The position numbers and the translations under genes are program-made. A stretch of 64,000 bases of DNA from an uncultured Thermoleophilia bacterium (GTDB lineage: Bacteria > Actinomycetota > Thermoleophilia > UBA2241), in assembly GCA_963814545.1 (NCBI GenBank), contig CAWFDC010000008.1:39257-103256 (forward strand), in the 5' to 3' direction. The number at the start of each line of letters is the position of its first letter. Position 1 is the first letter of the stretch. Below are positions 34,053 to 43,081 of this stretch, in pieces. The notes under the pieces were generated by a model, which was not told where the DNA came from, ran no database searches, and saw nothing but the letters and a program-made list of their open reading frames with translations.

Positions 34053-35207
34053 CTAGTACAGCCGGAGCGTGTCGAGCCGCGCGGCGATGAAGCGCGCCAG
34101 GCCGGCGGCGTCGTCGAGGGCGAAGCGGCGCTCGTGCGGCAGGTCGGTATCGGTCACGAGCGCCAGCGCCTCGCCGGGCGCGCACAGCGGCTCGCGGTGC
34201 CCGGCGGCGGCGCGGAACACCTCGATGCGGTGCGGTGCCGAGCGCTTGTAGCCCTCGGCGAGCAGCAGGTCGAAGCCGCCGAAGTAGCGCCGCGCCACCA
34301 TCGCGAGCGGGAGCTCCTCGTCGAGACGGGCGACGAAGGCGAAGCGCTCGGGTGAGCTGATGGCGTACGCCTCGGCGCCCGCCTGGCCGTGCCGCCACGA
34401 GTCCTTGCCGGGGTGGTCGATCTCGAAGCCGTGGGCGTCGTGCTTCACGGTCCCGACGCGCAGGCCCAGGGCGCGCAGCTCGGGGAGGAGGCGCTCGACC
34501 ACGGTCGTCTTGCCCGAGTCGCTCTTGCCGACGATGGCGACGAGGGCCGGCGCGTCGTCGGCCGGCTCTTCCTCTCCCAGGCGCCGCTGCGCCTCCCCGT
34601 ACTCGTCCATGGTGTTGATGTTATGGAACGGCAACGCGTCGGGGAAGGGCACCTCCTCCAGGCGGAGGCCGGGAAAGGCCGCGGCGATGCGGTGCCGCCC
34701 CTCGAGCAGGAGGGCGCGCATCGGCGCCAGGCAGCCGGGGCCGTAGACGGCGAACAGCGGCTCGCGGTGCGGGCCGACACGGGGCAGGGTGACGTCGGCC
34801 CCCGAGGCGGCCGCGGCGGTGAGCACGCGGCGCACGGCGCCCGCGTCGGGGAAGGCGAGGTCGGCGGCCATCACGAAGAGGGGGCCGCCGAGACCGTCGA
34901 GGGCGGTGACGATGCCGGTGAGGGGAGAGCGACCGGGGTAGGCGTCGGGCAGGAACGGGAGCGCGGCCTCGTCGCCGAGGTCTGGCTGCTGCCCGCGCGC
35001 GTGCGAGACGACGACCTCGGGGAAGAGGGCGCGGAGGAAGCGCGCGTTGCGCTGGAGCAGCGTGCGGCCGCCGAGCACGAGGTAACGCTTGTCGAGGCCG
35101 GCGCGGCGGCCGCGCCCGCCGGCCAGCAGGACGGCGACGGCGGGCGCCGTCGCGGCGGCGCTCCGGCCGCGGCCGTCGCGGGTGTCGCTCGCGGTCGTCA
35201 CGGACAT
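34053..35207 (-). CDS. mobAB: Fused molybdopterin guanylyltransferase (MobA) and MobB P-loop protein
   Basis: N-terminal LLAGG.G.R...DK, EPLFAVY, NINT; C-terminal VGKSDSGKTT, VKHDAH.F..D..GKDS.RH, EGYK. Confidence 0.88.
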   Translation of the reverse strand: MSVTTASDTRDGRGRSAAATAPAVAVLLAGGRGRRAGLDKRYLVLGGRTLLQRNARFLRALFPEVVVSHARGQQPDLGDEAALPFLPDAYPGRSPLTGIVTALDGLGGPLFVMAADLAFPDAGAVRRVLTAAAASGADVTLPRVGPHREPLFAVYGPGCLAPMRALLLEGRHRIAAAFPGLRLEEVPFPDALPFHNINTMDEYGEAQRRLGEEEPADDAPALVAIVGKSDSGKTTVVERLLPELRALGLRVGTVKHDAHGFEIDHPGKDSWRHGQAGAEAYAISSPERFAFVARLDEELPLAMVARRYFGGFDLLLAEGYKRSAPHRIEVFRAAAGHREPLCAPGEALALVTDTDLPHERRFALDDAAGLARFIAARLDTLRLY

Positions 35208-35309
35208 GAGTGTACCGCCCTCGCGTTCCGTCCCGAGCCCTCGCGACGTCCCACCCGGGCGTGGAGGTGGGCGTAGAATGCGCTTGGCAGCTTCCCGAGG
35301 GGGTCAGAC

Positions 35310-35885
35310 ATGAACGACGAGAGCCACGCGCGCGTCGTCGCCGTGGTCGCCAGCCCGCGTCGCGACGGCAACACGAACGCACTTGTCGGCGCGGCGCTCG
35401 AGCGTCTCACGGCGCTCGGCTGTCGCTGCGAGACGATCGACGTGTGCGCGCTTCGCATCGCGCCCTGCGCGGCCCACGACGACTGCGCCGAGCGCTCCGA
35501 GTGCGCCTACGCCGACGACGCCGCCGCGGCGATCGAGGCCGTGTACGCGGCCGACGGCCTGGTGCTGGCCTCGCCCGTCTACTACGAGAACGTGTCCGCG
35601 CAGATGAAGCTCTTCATCGACCGCTGCTACTACCCCTACACCCACGGGCGCTGGCTGGCGGCCAAGGTCGCGGGGCTGATCGCCGTCGCCGCCGAGACGG
35701 GCCTCGACGACACGCTCGCCGCGCTGCGCCGCTACGTCGCGCTCTCGAGTGACCGCGACGTGCCGACGTGCAGCGTGAGCGGCCTGGCCGACGAGCGCGG
35801 GGCGGCCGCCGCCGACCCCGAGCTGCGGGCCGCGGCGCGCCACCTCGCCGACGACATGGCGCGCTACCTCGTGCCCGTGGTGTGA
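35310..35885 (+). CDS. Flavodoxin-family / iron-sulfur flavoprotein-like NADPH-dependent FMN reductase
   Basis: SPRRDGNT, Cys cluster C..H..C..C, ASPVYY..VSAQMK.FIDR. Confidence 0.85.
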   Translation: MNDESHARVVAVVASPRRDGNTNALVGAALERLTALGCRCETIDVCALRIAPCAAHDDCAERSECAYADDAAAAIEAVYAADGLVLASPVYYENVSAQMKLFIDRCYYPYTHGRWLAAKVAGLIAVAAETGLDDTLAALRRYVALSSDRDVPTCSVSGLADERGAAAADPELRAAARHLADDMARYLVPVV

Positions 35886-35933
35886 GGCGCGCTCGCGGGG
35901 AGCGTGCCTCGCGAGTGCTCGAAGGCCCGAGGT

Positions 35934-36536
35934 TCAGGGTCTGAGGTCGAGGACGCGCGTCTCGGTGACGAGGAAATGGATGGGCAGGTCGTGGGGCTCG
36001 GCCGGTACCTCGTCCACGACCTGGACGTCGAACGCCGCGGCCACGCGGTGGCAGTCGGGTCGCATCAGGGCCACGAGGTTGTCGTAGTAGCCGCCGCCGT
36101 ACCCGCAGCGGCGCCCCACGAGGTCGAAGGCCGAGCCCGGGACGAGCACGCAGTCGAGCAGGTCGGGGGACAGCGCCTCCAGGCCGTCCCGCGGCGCCGG
36201 GATGCCGAAGGCCCCCGGGGCCAGGTCGCGCGCGAGGTCGGTGACCCGGGCCGCGACCATGACCCGCGGCCCCGTGATGCGCGGCAGCGCGAGCACGACG
36301 CCGGCGGCGAGCAGGCGCTCGAGCAGGGGTCGCGTGTCGAACTCGCTGCGGACCGGCACGTAGGCCATCACGCAGCGGGCCCGCAGGCACTCCTCGAGGG
36401 TGGTCAGCGCCGCGGTGATGCGCGCGCTCTTCTCGGCGCGCGCCGCGGCCGGCAGGGAGTCACGCGCCGCGAGGGCGCGCTCGCGCACCATGCGTTTGCG
36501 CGTCGCGAGGCCGGGATCTCGAGGGTCGGCGGTCAC
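35934..36536 (-). CDS. 5-formyltetrahydrofolate cyclo-ligase (start approximate)
   Basis: FGIP.P, LVPG.AFD..G.R.GYGGGYYD, EPHD......VTE. Confidence 0.9.
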   Translation of the reverse strand: MTADPRDPGLATRKRMVRERALAARDSLPAAARAEKSARITAALTTLEECLRARCVMAYVPVRSEFDTRPLLERLLAAGVVLALPRITGPRVMVAARVTDLARDLAPGAFGIPAPRDGLEALSPDLLDCVLVPGSAFDLVGRRCGYGGGYYDNLVALMRPDCHRVAAAFDVQVVDEVPAEPHDLPIHFLVTETRVLDLRP

Positions 36537-36729
36537 GGTCGGAGGCGCTCTCCCGTCCACAGGGCTGGCAACGCTTAGGGTTCTGAGCGGCGCCAACCTC
36601 ATTCCGGCTCCGCCACCCTTGCTCTATAGTATAGCCATCGTCCCCGGCGGGCTCGGGGGCGTGCGACCGACAGGAGAGAGGTGCGCGTCGTCCCCCGAGG
36701 CGTCGTACCGAAGGGGGGTGACTGCGGGC

Positions 36730-37899
36730 ATGGCGCTGCGTTCCCAGGAGGAGATCTCGCTGGCGTCCGTCTTCGCGCGGACGCTGCGCTCGCTGCTGAG
36801 CCTGACCGCCTCCGAGGAGCCGCGCGCGTGGCCGACCACCGCGCAGATCATCGACTCCACACCGCCGACCGCCACCACCCCGACGGCCCTGCTGCGCCTG
36901 CTGCAGTTCGGCGTGCTGCCCGAGCTGCTCGGGGCCAGCGCCGGCCCCGCCATCTACCTCGCCGCGAAGCGCTTCAGCGGCGACCTCGACATCCGCTCGA
37001 TCCAGGGCCTGAAGGACTGGTTCGCGGAGATGCGTCTCGGTGAGCTCGAGGTCGAGCTCGACGAGGAGCGCGTGCTGGTCAAGCTCTCGCACTGCGCCAG
37101 CAGCGAGCGCCTGCCGCGTACGGGCACGGCCGTCTGCGACTTCGAGCGCGGCCTGATCGACGGCGTCCTCGAGCGCATCACCGGGACCGACGTGCTCACC
37201 AAGGAGACCCTCTGCTGGGCCCTGGGCGACACCGTCTGCCAGTTCGAGGGCTACACCGGCGACCAGGCGGGCTACCTGTACCGCGAGAACGGGTTCGACC
37301 CCGAGGCGCAGAAGCGGCTCCTCAAGGGTCTCGCCGACCAGGCCGACGTCGCCCTCGACAACCTGCGCCTGCTGAACCAGAGGCGCGAGCTCGAGACCCA
37401 CGACGCCCTGACCGGGCTGATGAACTTCAGGCACCTGCGCGAGCGCGCGGCGTACGAGCTCGTACGCGCCGCGCGCCACGGCCGCACGGTGGCCTTCGTG
37501 ATGATCGATCTCGACGACTTCCAGCGCGTCAACGAAGAGGTCGGGCAGGAGGGCGGCGACGAGGTGCTCCGCCACTGGGCGGCCGCGCTGACGGCGCAGA
37601 TCCGCGGCTGCGACCTGCTCTGCCGGTACGGGGCCGACGAGTTCCTGCTCGTGCTGCCCGAGACGGCCGAGCGGCAGGCCGACATCGTGCTCGAGCGCGT
37701 GCTCGGCTCGATGCAGCACCTCGCCGTCGAGGTGGCGGAGCGGCAGTACGCGCTCTCCGCGTCGGCGGGCGTCGCCGCCTACCCCGGCGACGGACAGAGC
37801 GTCGAGGCGCTCGTCGCCAAGGCGGCGACCACCATGTACGCGGCGCGCGCCGGCGGCAAGGGCCGGGTCGGCTTCTTCTCCTCGCCGCCGCGTCTCTGA
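36730..37899 (+). CDS. V4R-domain plus GGDEF-domain protein
   Basis: V4R: C..C.FERG.I.G..E..C...G...C.F; GGDEF: HDALTGL.N, DLDDF..VN, RYGADEF. Confidence 0.88.
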   Translation: MALRSQEEISLASVFARTLRSLLSLTASEEPRAWPTTAQIIDSTPPTATTPTALLRLLQFGVLPELLGASAGPAIYLAAKRFSGDLDIRSIQGLKDWFAEMRLGELEVELDEERVLVKLSHCASSERLPRTGTAVCDFERGLIDGVLERITGTDVLTKETLCWALGDTVCQFEGYTGDQAGYLYRENGFDPEAQKRLLKGLADQADVALDNLRLLNQRRELETHDALTGLMNFRHLRERAAYELVRAARHGRTVAFVMIDLDDFQRVNEEVGQEGGDEVLRHWAAALTAQIRGCDLLCRYGADEFLLVLPETAERQADIVLERVLGSMQHLAVEVAERQYALSASAGVAAYPGDGQSVEALVAKAATTMYAARAGGKGRVGFFSSPPRL

Positions 37900-37925
37900 C
37901 GGCGCCTCTGCGCCGCCGTCCGCAC

Positions 37926-38390
37926 ATGCCCCCGCGCGCCGAGATCCTCGCCGTCGGCAGTCTCGGTCGCGACCTGCGCCCTGCCTACGAGCACTACGTG
38001 CGGCTGCTCAGGCCGTGGCTCACGCTGGAGACCCGAGAGGTGCGCGAGGTCGCGCTCAAGGGCCGGGCGCCGGCCGAGGTCCTGCGCGAGGAGGGCCGCC
38101 GTCTGCTGGCCGCCTGGCCCTCGTCGGCGACGGTCGTGGCGCTCACCGTCGACGGCACCGCCCACGACTCTCCCGGCTTCGCGGCCGCGCTCGAGCGCTG
38201 GCTCGAGCGCGGCCGCGTCACCTTCGTCGTCGGCGGCTCCCTCGGGCTCGCCGACGAGGTCGTCGCCCGGGCCGCCGAGCGGCTCTCGCTCTCGCCGCTC
38301 ACGCTGCCGCACCAGCTGGTCCGCGTCGTCCTCGCCGAGCAGCTCTTCAGGGGCCTCTCGATCCGGCGCGGCCACCCGTACCACCACTGA
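37926..38390 (+). CDS. rlmH: 23S rRNA (pseudouridine1915-N3)-methyltransferase
   Basis: FVVGGS.GL, LSLS.LTLPHQLVRVVL.EQ.FR...I..G.PYH. Confidence 0.93.
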   Translation: MPPRAEILAVGSLGRDLRPAYEHYVRLLRPWLTLETREVREVALKGRAPAEVLREEGRRLLAAWPSSATVVALTVDGTAHDSPGFAAALERWLERGRVTFVVGGSLGLADEVVARAAERLSLSPLTLPHQLVRVVLAEQLFRGLSIRRGHPYHH

Positions 38391-38510
38391 GGGCGAGACG
38401 GCGGCCGCCGGAGGCACGCTGCCCGGCGGCCGCCGGGGCGTTCGTGCCCGGCGCGGCCGACGCTGTAGAATGCCCCTCGCGCGGCGCCGGTCGCCGCGCT
38501 CCGTGCAGCG

Positions 38511-40286
38511 ATGCCCTCACACGACGACATCCACGACGTCGCCGGCCTCGCCGCGTCGCTCGACGCGGCGCTCGCCGGCGTGCTCGCCGAGCTCGGCGTC
38601 GAGGGGCCGCCGGCCGCCGCCGAGCTCGGTGTGCCGTCGCGTCGCGAGCACGGCGACCTGACGACGAACGCGGCGCTGGTCAACGCCAAGCGGGCCGGCC
38701 GCCCGCCGCGCGAGATCGCCCAGGCCCTGGGCGAGCGCTGGAGCGCCGGTGGCGGGGCCGGGTCGTGCGCGCGCTTCGAGGTCGCCGGCCCGGGCTTCCT
38801 CAACCTCTTCCTGACCGACGCCTGGCACCGCGGTGCCCTCGCTCGCATGCTCGTGGCGGGCTCCGGCTACGGCCGCGGGGCGCTGCCGGCCGAGCGGCGG
38901 CAGAAGGTCAACATCGAGTTCGTGAGCGTGAACCCGACGGGGCCGCTGCACGTCGGCCACGCGCGCTACGCCTCGTACGGCGACGCCCTGTGCCGCATCT
39001 TCGCCTACGCCGGCCACGACGTGACGCGCGAGTTCTACGTGAACGACGCGGGTACGCAGATGCTGCGCTTCGGCCAGTCTCTGGCGGCGCGGTACGCCCA
39101 ACGCCTCGGCGCCGACGTGGCGGTCCCCGACGACGGCTACCAGGGCGAGTACCTCCTCGGGCTCGCCGACGAGTTCATCGCCGACGCCGGCGAGCGCTAC
39201 CTCGAGGCGGTCGCCGGGGCGCCCGACGCCCTGAGCCTGCCGGCCGACGTCGTCGCGGCCTTCAAGACCTGGGGCCGCGACGCCGTCCTCAGTCTGTTTC
39301 GCGAGACCCTCGGGCGCTTGCGCGTGCCCTTCGACGTCTGGGCCCACGAGAGCGGGCTTTACGCCGGCGGTGAGCCGTACCGCGGCTTCGCCGGCGAGGT
39401 CGGCAAGGCGCTCGCCGACCTCGACGCCGAGGATCTGCTCTACGAGCACGAAGGCGCCGTCTGGCTGAAGACGACGCGCTTCGGCGACGACAAGGACCGC
39501 GTGCTGATCCGCTCGAGCGGCGAGGCCACGTACTTCCTCAGCGACATCGCCTACCACCGCGACAAGATGGACCGCGGGTTCGAGCACATGATCGATATCT
39601 GGGGCGCCGACCACCACGGCTACGTGCCGCGCATGAAGGCGGCCTTCACCGCCCTGCCCCCGCACCAGCCCGAGCGTCTCGAGCTGATCATCGGGCAGCT
39701 CGTGAACCTCCTCGAGGGCGGCGCGGCGAAGCGCATGTCGAAGCGCCGCGGCGACATCGTGACCGTCGACGACCTCGTCGAGGCCATCGGCGTCGACGCC
39801 GCCCGCTTCCTGCTGGTGGGGCGCTCGCAGGACACGACCCTGGAGCTCGACCTCGAGCTCGCCGTCGAGCAGAGCAGCCAGAACCCGGTCTTCTACGTCC
39901 AGTACGCCCACGCGCGAATCTGCAGCGTGCTGCGCACCCTGGTCGAGCGCGGCGGGGAGGCGGCGGTCGCCCTGGTCGACGAGGTGGCGGTAGGCGCCCG
40001 CGGGTTGCCCGACGTCGCCGTCGGGCCCGAGGAGCGCGACCTCATCCACACTCTCGCCCGCTTCCCCGACGTCGTGCTCGCGGCGGTGGAGCACCGTGCG
40101 CCGCACCGCGTGCACACCTACCTCGGCGAGCTCGCCGCCGGGTTCCACGTCTTCTACCGGCAGTGTCGGGTGATCGTCGACGACCCCGAGGTGTCGGCCT
40201 TCAGGGTCGGGCTCTGCCGGGCGTCACAGCGGATCCTGGCCACGGGGCTCGACCTGCTCGGCGTCTCGGCGCCCGAGCAGATGTAG
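38511..40286 (+). CDS. argS: Arginine--tRNA ligase
   Basis: HGD..TN.A, AGPGFLN, EFVS.NPTGPLHVGH, WGADHHGY, MSKR.G, YVQYAHAR, ends APEQM. Confidence 0.97.
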   Translation: MPSHDDIHDVAGLAASLDAALAGVLAELGVEGPPAAAELGVPSRREHGDLTTNAALVNAKRAGRPPREIAQALGERWSAGGGAGSCARFEVAGPGFLNLFLTDAWHRGALARMLVAGSGYGRGALPAERRQKVNIEFVSVNPTGPLHVGHARYASYGDALCRIFAYAGHDVTREFYVNDAGTQMLRFGQSLAARYAQRLGADVAVPDDGYQGEYLLGLADEFIADAGERYLEAVAGAPDALSLPADVVAAFKTWGRDAVLSLFRETLGRLRVPFDVWAHESGLYAGGEPYRGFAGEVGKALADLDAEDLLYEHEGAVWLKTTRFGDDKDRVLIRSSGEATYFLSDIAYHRDKMDRGFEHMIDIWGADHHGYVPRMKAAFTALPPHQPERLELIIGQLVNLLEGGAAKRMSKRRGDIVTVDDLVEAIGVDAARFLLVGRSQDTTLELDLELAVEQSSQNPVFYVQYAHARICSVLRTLVERGGEAAVALVDEVAVGARGLPDVAVGPEERDLIHTLARFPDVVLAAVEHRAPHRVHTYLGELAAGFHVFYRQCRVIVDDPEVSAFRVGLCRASQRILATGLDLLGVSAPEQM

Positions 40287-40289
40287 GAC

Positions 40290-40346
40290 CGAACGAGGCG
40301 ACCCGGGGCCGGCGCCGTGGGCGCCGGCCCCGGGTCGCCTCGTTCG
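40290..40346. terminator. Long hairpin directly after argS, probable terminator
   Basis: CGAACGAGGCGACCCGGGGCCGGCGCC-gtg-GGCGCCGGCCCCGGGTCGCCTCGTTCG. Confidence 0.8.
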
Positions 40347-40372
40347 CTACCCGCCGCTCGTCGGGTCTTCGT

Positions 40373-40459
40373 CGTGCCTTGCCGGGAAGCGTGCCTTGCC
40401 GGGAAGCGTGCCTTGCCGGGAAGCGTGCCGTGCCGGGAAGCGTGCCGCGCCGGGAAGCG
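40373..40459. repeat. 17-bp tandem repeat (5 copies)
   Basis: CGTGCCTTGCCGGGAAG x3 exact, then two progressively diverged copies; no spacers. Confidence 0.9.
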
Positions 40460-40473
40460 CGCGATGGCGCGCC

Positions 40474-40893
40474 TCAGGACGCGAGCCGGCGGCGCGCGCC
40501 CTGCCGCATCTCCTCGTACTCGGCCTCGGTGAGGTCCTCGTCGAACCCGAGCAGGTGCGCCACGGCGACGCGCCGATCGCCCCCGAGCAGCCGGTCGATC
40601 ACGCTGTCGAGCACGGTCAGGGCGACCTCGCGCCCGGGTATCGCCGGCGTGTACACGTAGGCGGTCGCGCTCTTGTCCTGGGCGAGGAGGTGCTTCTTCA
40701 CGAGGTTGTTCATGACCGTCATCACCGTGGTGTAGGCGATCGTCCGTCGCGCGCGCAGCGTCTCGTACACGTCGCGCACCGTCGTGCTGTCGTGTTGCCA
40801 CACGATGGAGAGGATGTCGGCCTCGAGCGAGCCGATGCCGGTGAACGGCGCGCCCTTCGTGCTCTTCAGCCACTTCGGTCTGGTCTGCTCCAC
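40474..40893 (-). CDS. BlaI/MecI/CopY-family transcriptional repressor
   Basis: GSLEADIL.IVW, TVRDV, AYTTVMTVM..L..K, Y.Y.P. Confidence 0.9.
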   Translation of the reverse strand: MEQTRPKWLKSTKGAPFTGIGSLEADILSIVWQHDSTTVRDVYETLRARRTIAYTTVMTVMNNLVKKHLLAQDKSATAYVYTPAIPGREVALTVLDSVIDRLLGGDRRVAVAHLLGFDEDLTEAEYEEMRQGARRRLAS

Positions 40894-41010
40894 GAGGGCT
40901 CCCTTCGTCGCTGCTCGGCCAGCGCCGGTGACCCCACCCCGCACTACCCATCACGTTAGTACCACTCATAGCCAGAACCCCGTCCGCCGAAACCGGCTGC
41001 CGTCGCGCGC

Positions 41011-41019
41011 TGCTAGAAT
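41011..41019 (+). promoter_or_regulatory. Extended -10 element upstream of the M55 peptidase
   Basis: TGcTAGAAT, followed by an AAAGGAGG RBS. Confidence 0.55.
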
Positions 41020-41049
41020 CCGGGCGCCGTCCGCGAAAGGAGGTCCGAC

Positions 41050-41862
41050 ATGCGCGTCTTCATCGCCGTCGATCTGGAGGGGATCACCGGGGTCGCGCTC
41101 GAAGCGCAGACGGACCCCGACAAGCCCGCGTACGAGGACGCCCGCCGCTGGATGCGCGAAGACCTCGACGCCGTGCTCGACGGCTGCACCGCCGCCGGTG
41201 CGGAGGCGATCGTGGTCTGTGACGCCCACTACATGGGGTCGAACCTCCTGCCCGACGGCCTCCCTCCGGCCGTCGTCCTCGCCAGCGGCTCGGGCCCCCA
41301 CGGCATGCTGCAGGGCATCGCCGGGGGCGCGGACGCCGCGCTGTTCGTCGGGTACCACGCACGGGCCGGGACGCAGGCCGCCGTGCTCGAGCACACGTGG
41401 ACGTACAAGGTGTTCGACGTCTCCGTCGGCGGCGTCTCGCTCGGCGAGTTCGGCCTCGGGGCGCTGCTCGCCGGCCACTTCGGCGTGCCCGCCGCCTACG
41501 TCTCCGGCGACGACAAGGCGGTCGCCGAGGCCCAGGCCCTCGTACCGGGACTCGTCGGGACGGTGGTCAAGCGCGGCGTGCTGCGGACCTGCGCCGAGCT
41601 GCGGGCCCCGGAGCAGGTCCGGCGTGCGATCCGCGCCGACGTCGAGCGCGCCCTCACGGCGCCGTCGAAGCCCGCTCCCCTCGTGTGGGACGGCGCGCCG
41701 CTGCGGCTCACGTTCACGCGGGTCTGCTTCTGTGATGCGGCGGCGCAGGCGCCGGGCGTGCGACGCGTCGACGGGCGCACGCTCGAGTTCGGCGCCGAGG
41801 ACTACGAGCGCCTCTATACGACGTTCCTCGCCTGCCTGGACCTGGCGGCGACCGCCGACTGA
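41050..41862 (+). CDS. dppA: M55-family D-aminopeptidase (DppA-like)
   Basis: DLEGITGV, DAH, FVGYHA.AG, L.HT, GE.GL, SGD. Confidence 0.9.
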   Translation: MRVFIAVDLEGITGVALEAQTDPDKPAYEDARRWMREDLDAVLDGCTAAGAEAIVVCDAHYMGSNLLPDGLPPAVVLASGSGPHGMLQGIAGGADAALFVGYHARAGTQAAVLEHTWTYKVFDVSVGGVSLGEFGLGALLAGHFGVPAAYVSGDDKAVAEAQALVPGLVGTVVKRGVLRTCAELRAPEQVRRAIRADVERALTAPSKPAPLVWDGAPLRLTFTRVCFCDAAAQAPGVRRVDGRTLEFGAEDYERLYTTFLACLDLAATAD

Positions 41863-42044
41863 CCACGATCCGCGCGTCTGGTACGGGTCGCCCGTGTCGC
41901 GCCGAACGGCGGCGGTGCGGCGGGTCGTCCGCGGCGCGGCCGGGGTGCCGCCCGCACGCCGGCCGTCGCGGCCCGCCGGCCGTCGCCCGTGCATCGCGGG
42001 GAGTGTTGAGGGGGCTCGCGACATATGGTCTACTGTGTACGCGA

Positions 42045-42120
42045 GCGGGTGTAGTGTAGCTGGTAACACGTCAGCTTCCCAAGCTGAAGATCGAGGGTTC
42101 GAGTCCCTTCACCCGCTCCA
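42045..42120 (+). tRNA. tRNA-Gly (CCC)
   Basis: GCGGGTG/CACCCGC acceptor stem, TCAGC-TTCCCAA-GCTGA anticodon arm, GGTTCGAGTCC T-arm, TCCA end. Confidence 0.96.
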
Positions 42121-42234
42121 GGCCTCCTCCTCGCCCGCGCCGTCCGGCTCGTCGCCGAGGCGCACGGCGGCCCTCCTCAGGGTGCCTGTATGGTCATCCG
42201 ACTGACGCAGGTCAAGCTGGCCGCAAGGCACCTT

Positions 42235-42248
42235 TTCGGCTATCCTAA
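42235..42248 (+). promoter_or_regulatory. Putative DtxR/MntR-type operator overlapping a -10 element
   Basis: TTCGG-CTAT-CCTAA, one mismatch from the TTAGG-N4-CCTAA palindrome; contains TATCCT. Confidence 0.55.
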
Positions 42249-42307
42249 CGATGAGCTTTCGGGGTGCCTTCACGGGCGCCGTCGGGACGGCAGGGAGCGG
42301 CGGAGTG

Positions 42308-43078
42308 ATGCGTAAGCGCAGCGAGAGCGTCGAGGAGTACCTCGAGGCCATCTACAAGCTCTCCCGCGACGACGGCGAGGGCGAGGGCGGCGCGACCGTC
42401 TCGCAGCTTGCCGCCGCGCTCCAGGTGTCGCCGCCCTCCGTCTCGGAGATGCTCGGCCGCCTGCGCGCCGCCGGACTCGTCGAGGAGGCCGGCGGGCGCG
42501 GCATCGCGCTGACGCCGCAGGGGGAGCGCGAGGGTGCCAGCCTCGTGCGCCGGCACCGGCTCAGCGAGCGCTTCCTCACCGAGATCCTCGACGTACCCTG
42601 GGACGAGGTCCACGCCGAGGCCTGCCGCTTCGAGCACGCCATCAGCCCCGAGGTCGAGGCGCGGCTCGCGGCGCAGCTCGGCTACCCGCGCACCTGCCCG
42701 CATGGTCACGCCATCCCCGACGAGGACGGCGCCTGCGTCGAGGAGCCGCTGCGCCCCCTCGCCGAGCTGGAGCCGGGCGAACGCGCCACCATCGGTCGCA
42801 TCAGCGACGAGCAGCCCGAGCTCCTGCGCTACCTGGCGTCGCTCGGCCTGTTGCCGGACACGTCCGTGACCGTGGAGAGCGTGGCCCCGTTCGGCGGGCC
42901 GCTGCTGGTGCGCGTCGGCGACGCCCAGTACGCGCTCGGGCGCGAGGTCGCCGGCAAGCTCCTCGTGCGCGAACGCCCCGGGGAGCGCGGCGCCGGCAGA
43001 GGGAGCGCCGCTCACGCGCGGGGCGGGCGCCCGAAGCGTGCCCGGGTGCGAGGCCGCCGGCAGGATCGAGATGCGTGA
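42308..43078 (+). CDS. DtxR/MntR-family metal-dependent regulator with C-terminal FeoA domain
   Basis: SVEEYLEAIY, VSPPSVSEM, RRHRL.ERFL, H.EACRFEH, CPHG..IP, FeoA-like LGL.P...APFGGP. Confidence 0.92.
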   Translation: MRKRSESVEEYLEAIYKLSRDDGEGEGGATVSQLAAALQVSPPSVSEMLGRLRAAGLVEEAGGRGIALTPQGEREGASLVRRHRLSERFLTEILDVPWDEVHAEACRFEHAISPEVEARLAAQLGYPRTCPHGHAIPDEDGACVEEPLRPLAELEPGERATIGRISDEQPELLRYLASLGLLPDTSVTVESVAPFGGPLLVRVGDAQYALGREVAGKLLVRERPGERGAGRGSAAHARGGRPKRARVRGRRQDRDA

Positions 43079-43081
43079 GCG

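Noticed and set aside
40373-40459. Possible CRISPR array (also the 21-bp array at 13042 and the 28-bp repeat at 7677)
   Set aside because: The units are directly adjacent with no unique spacers, and there are no cas genes in the window.
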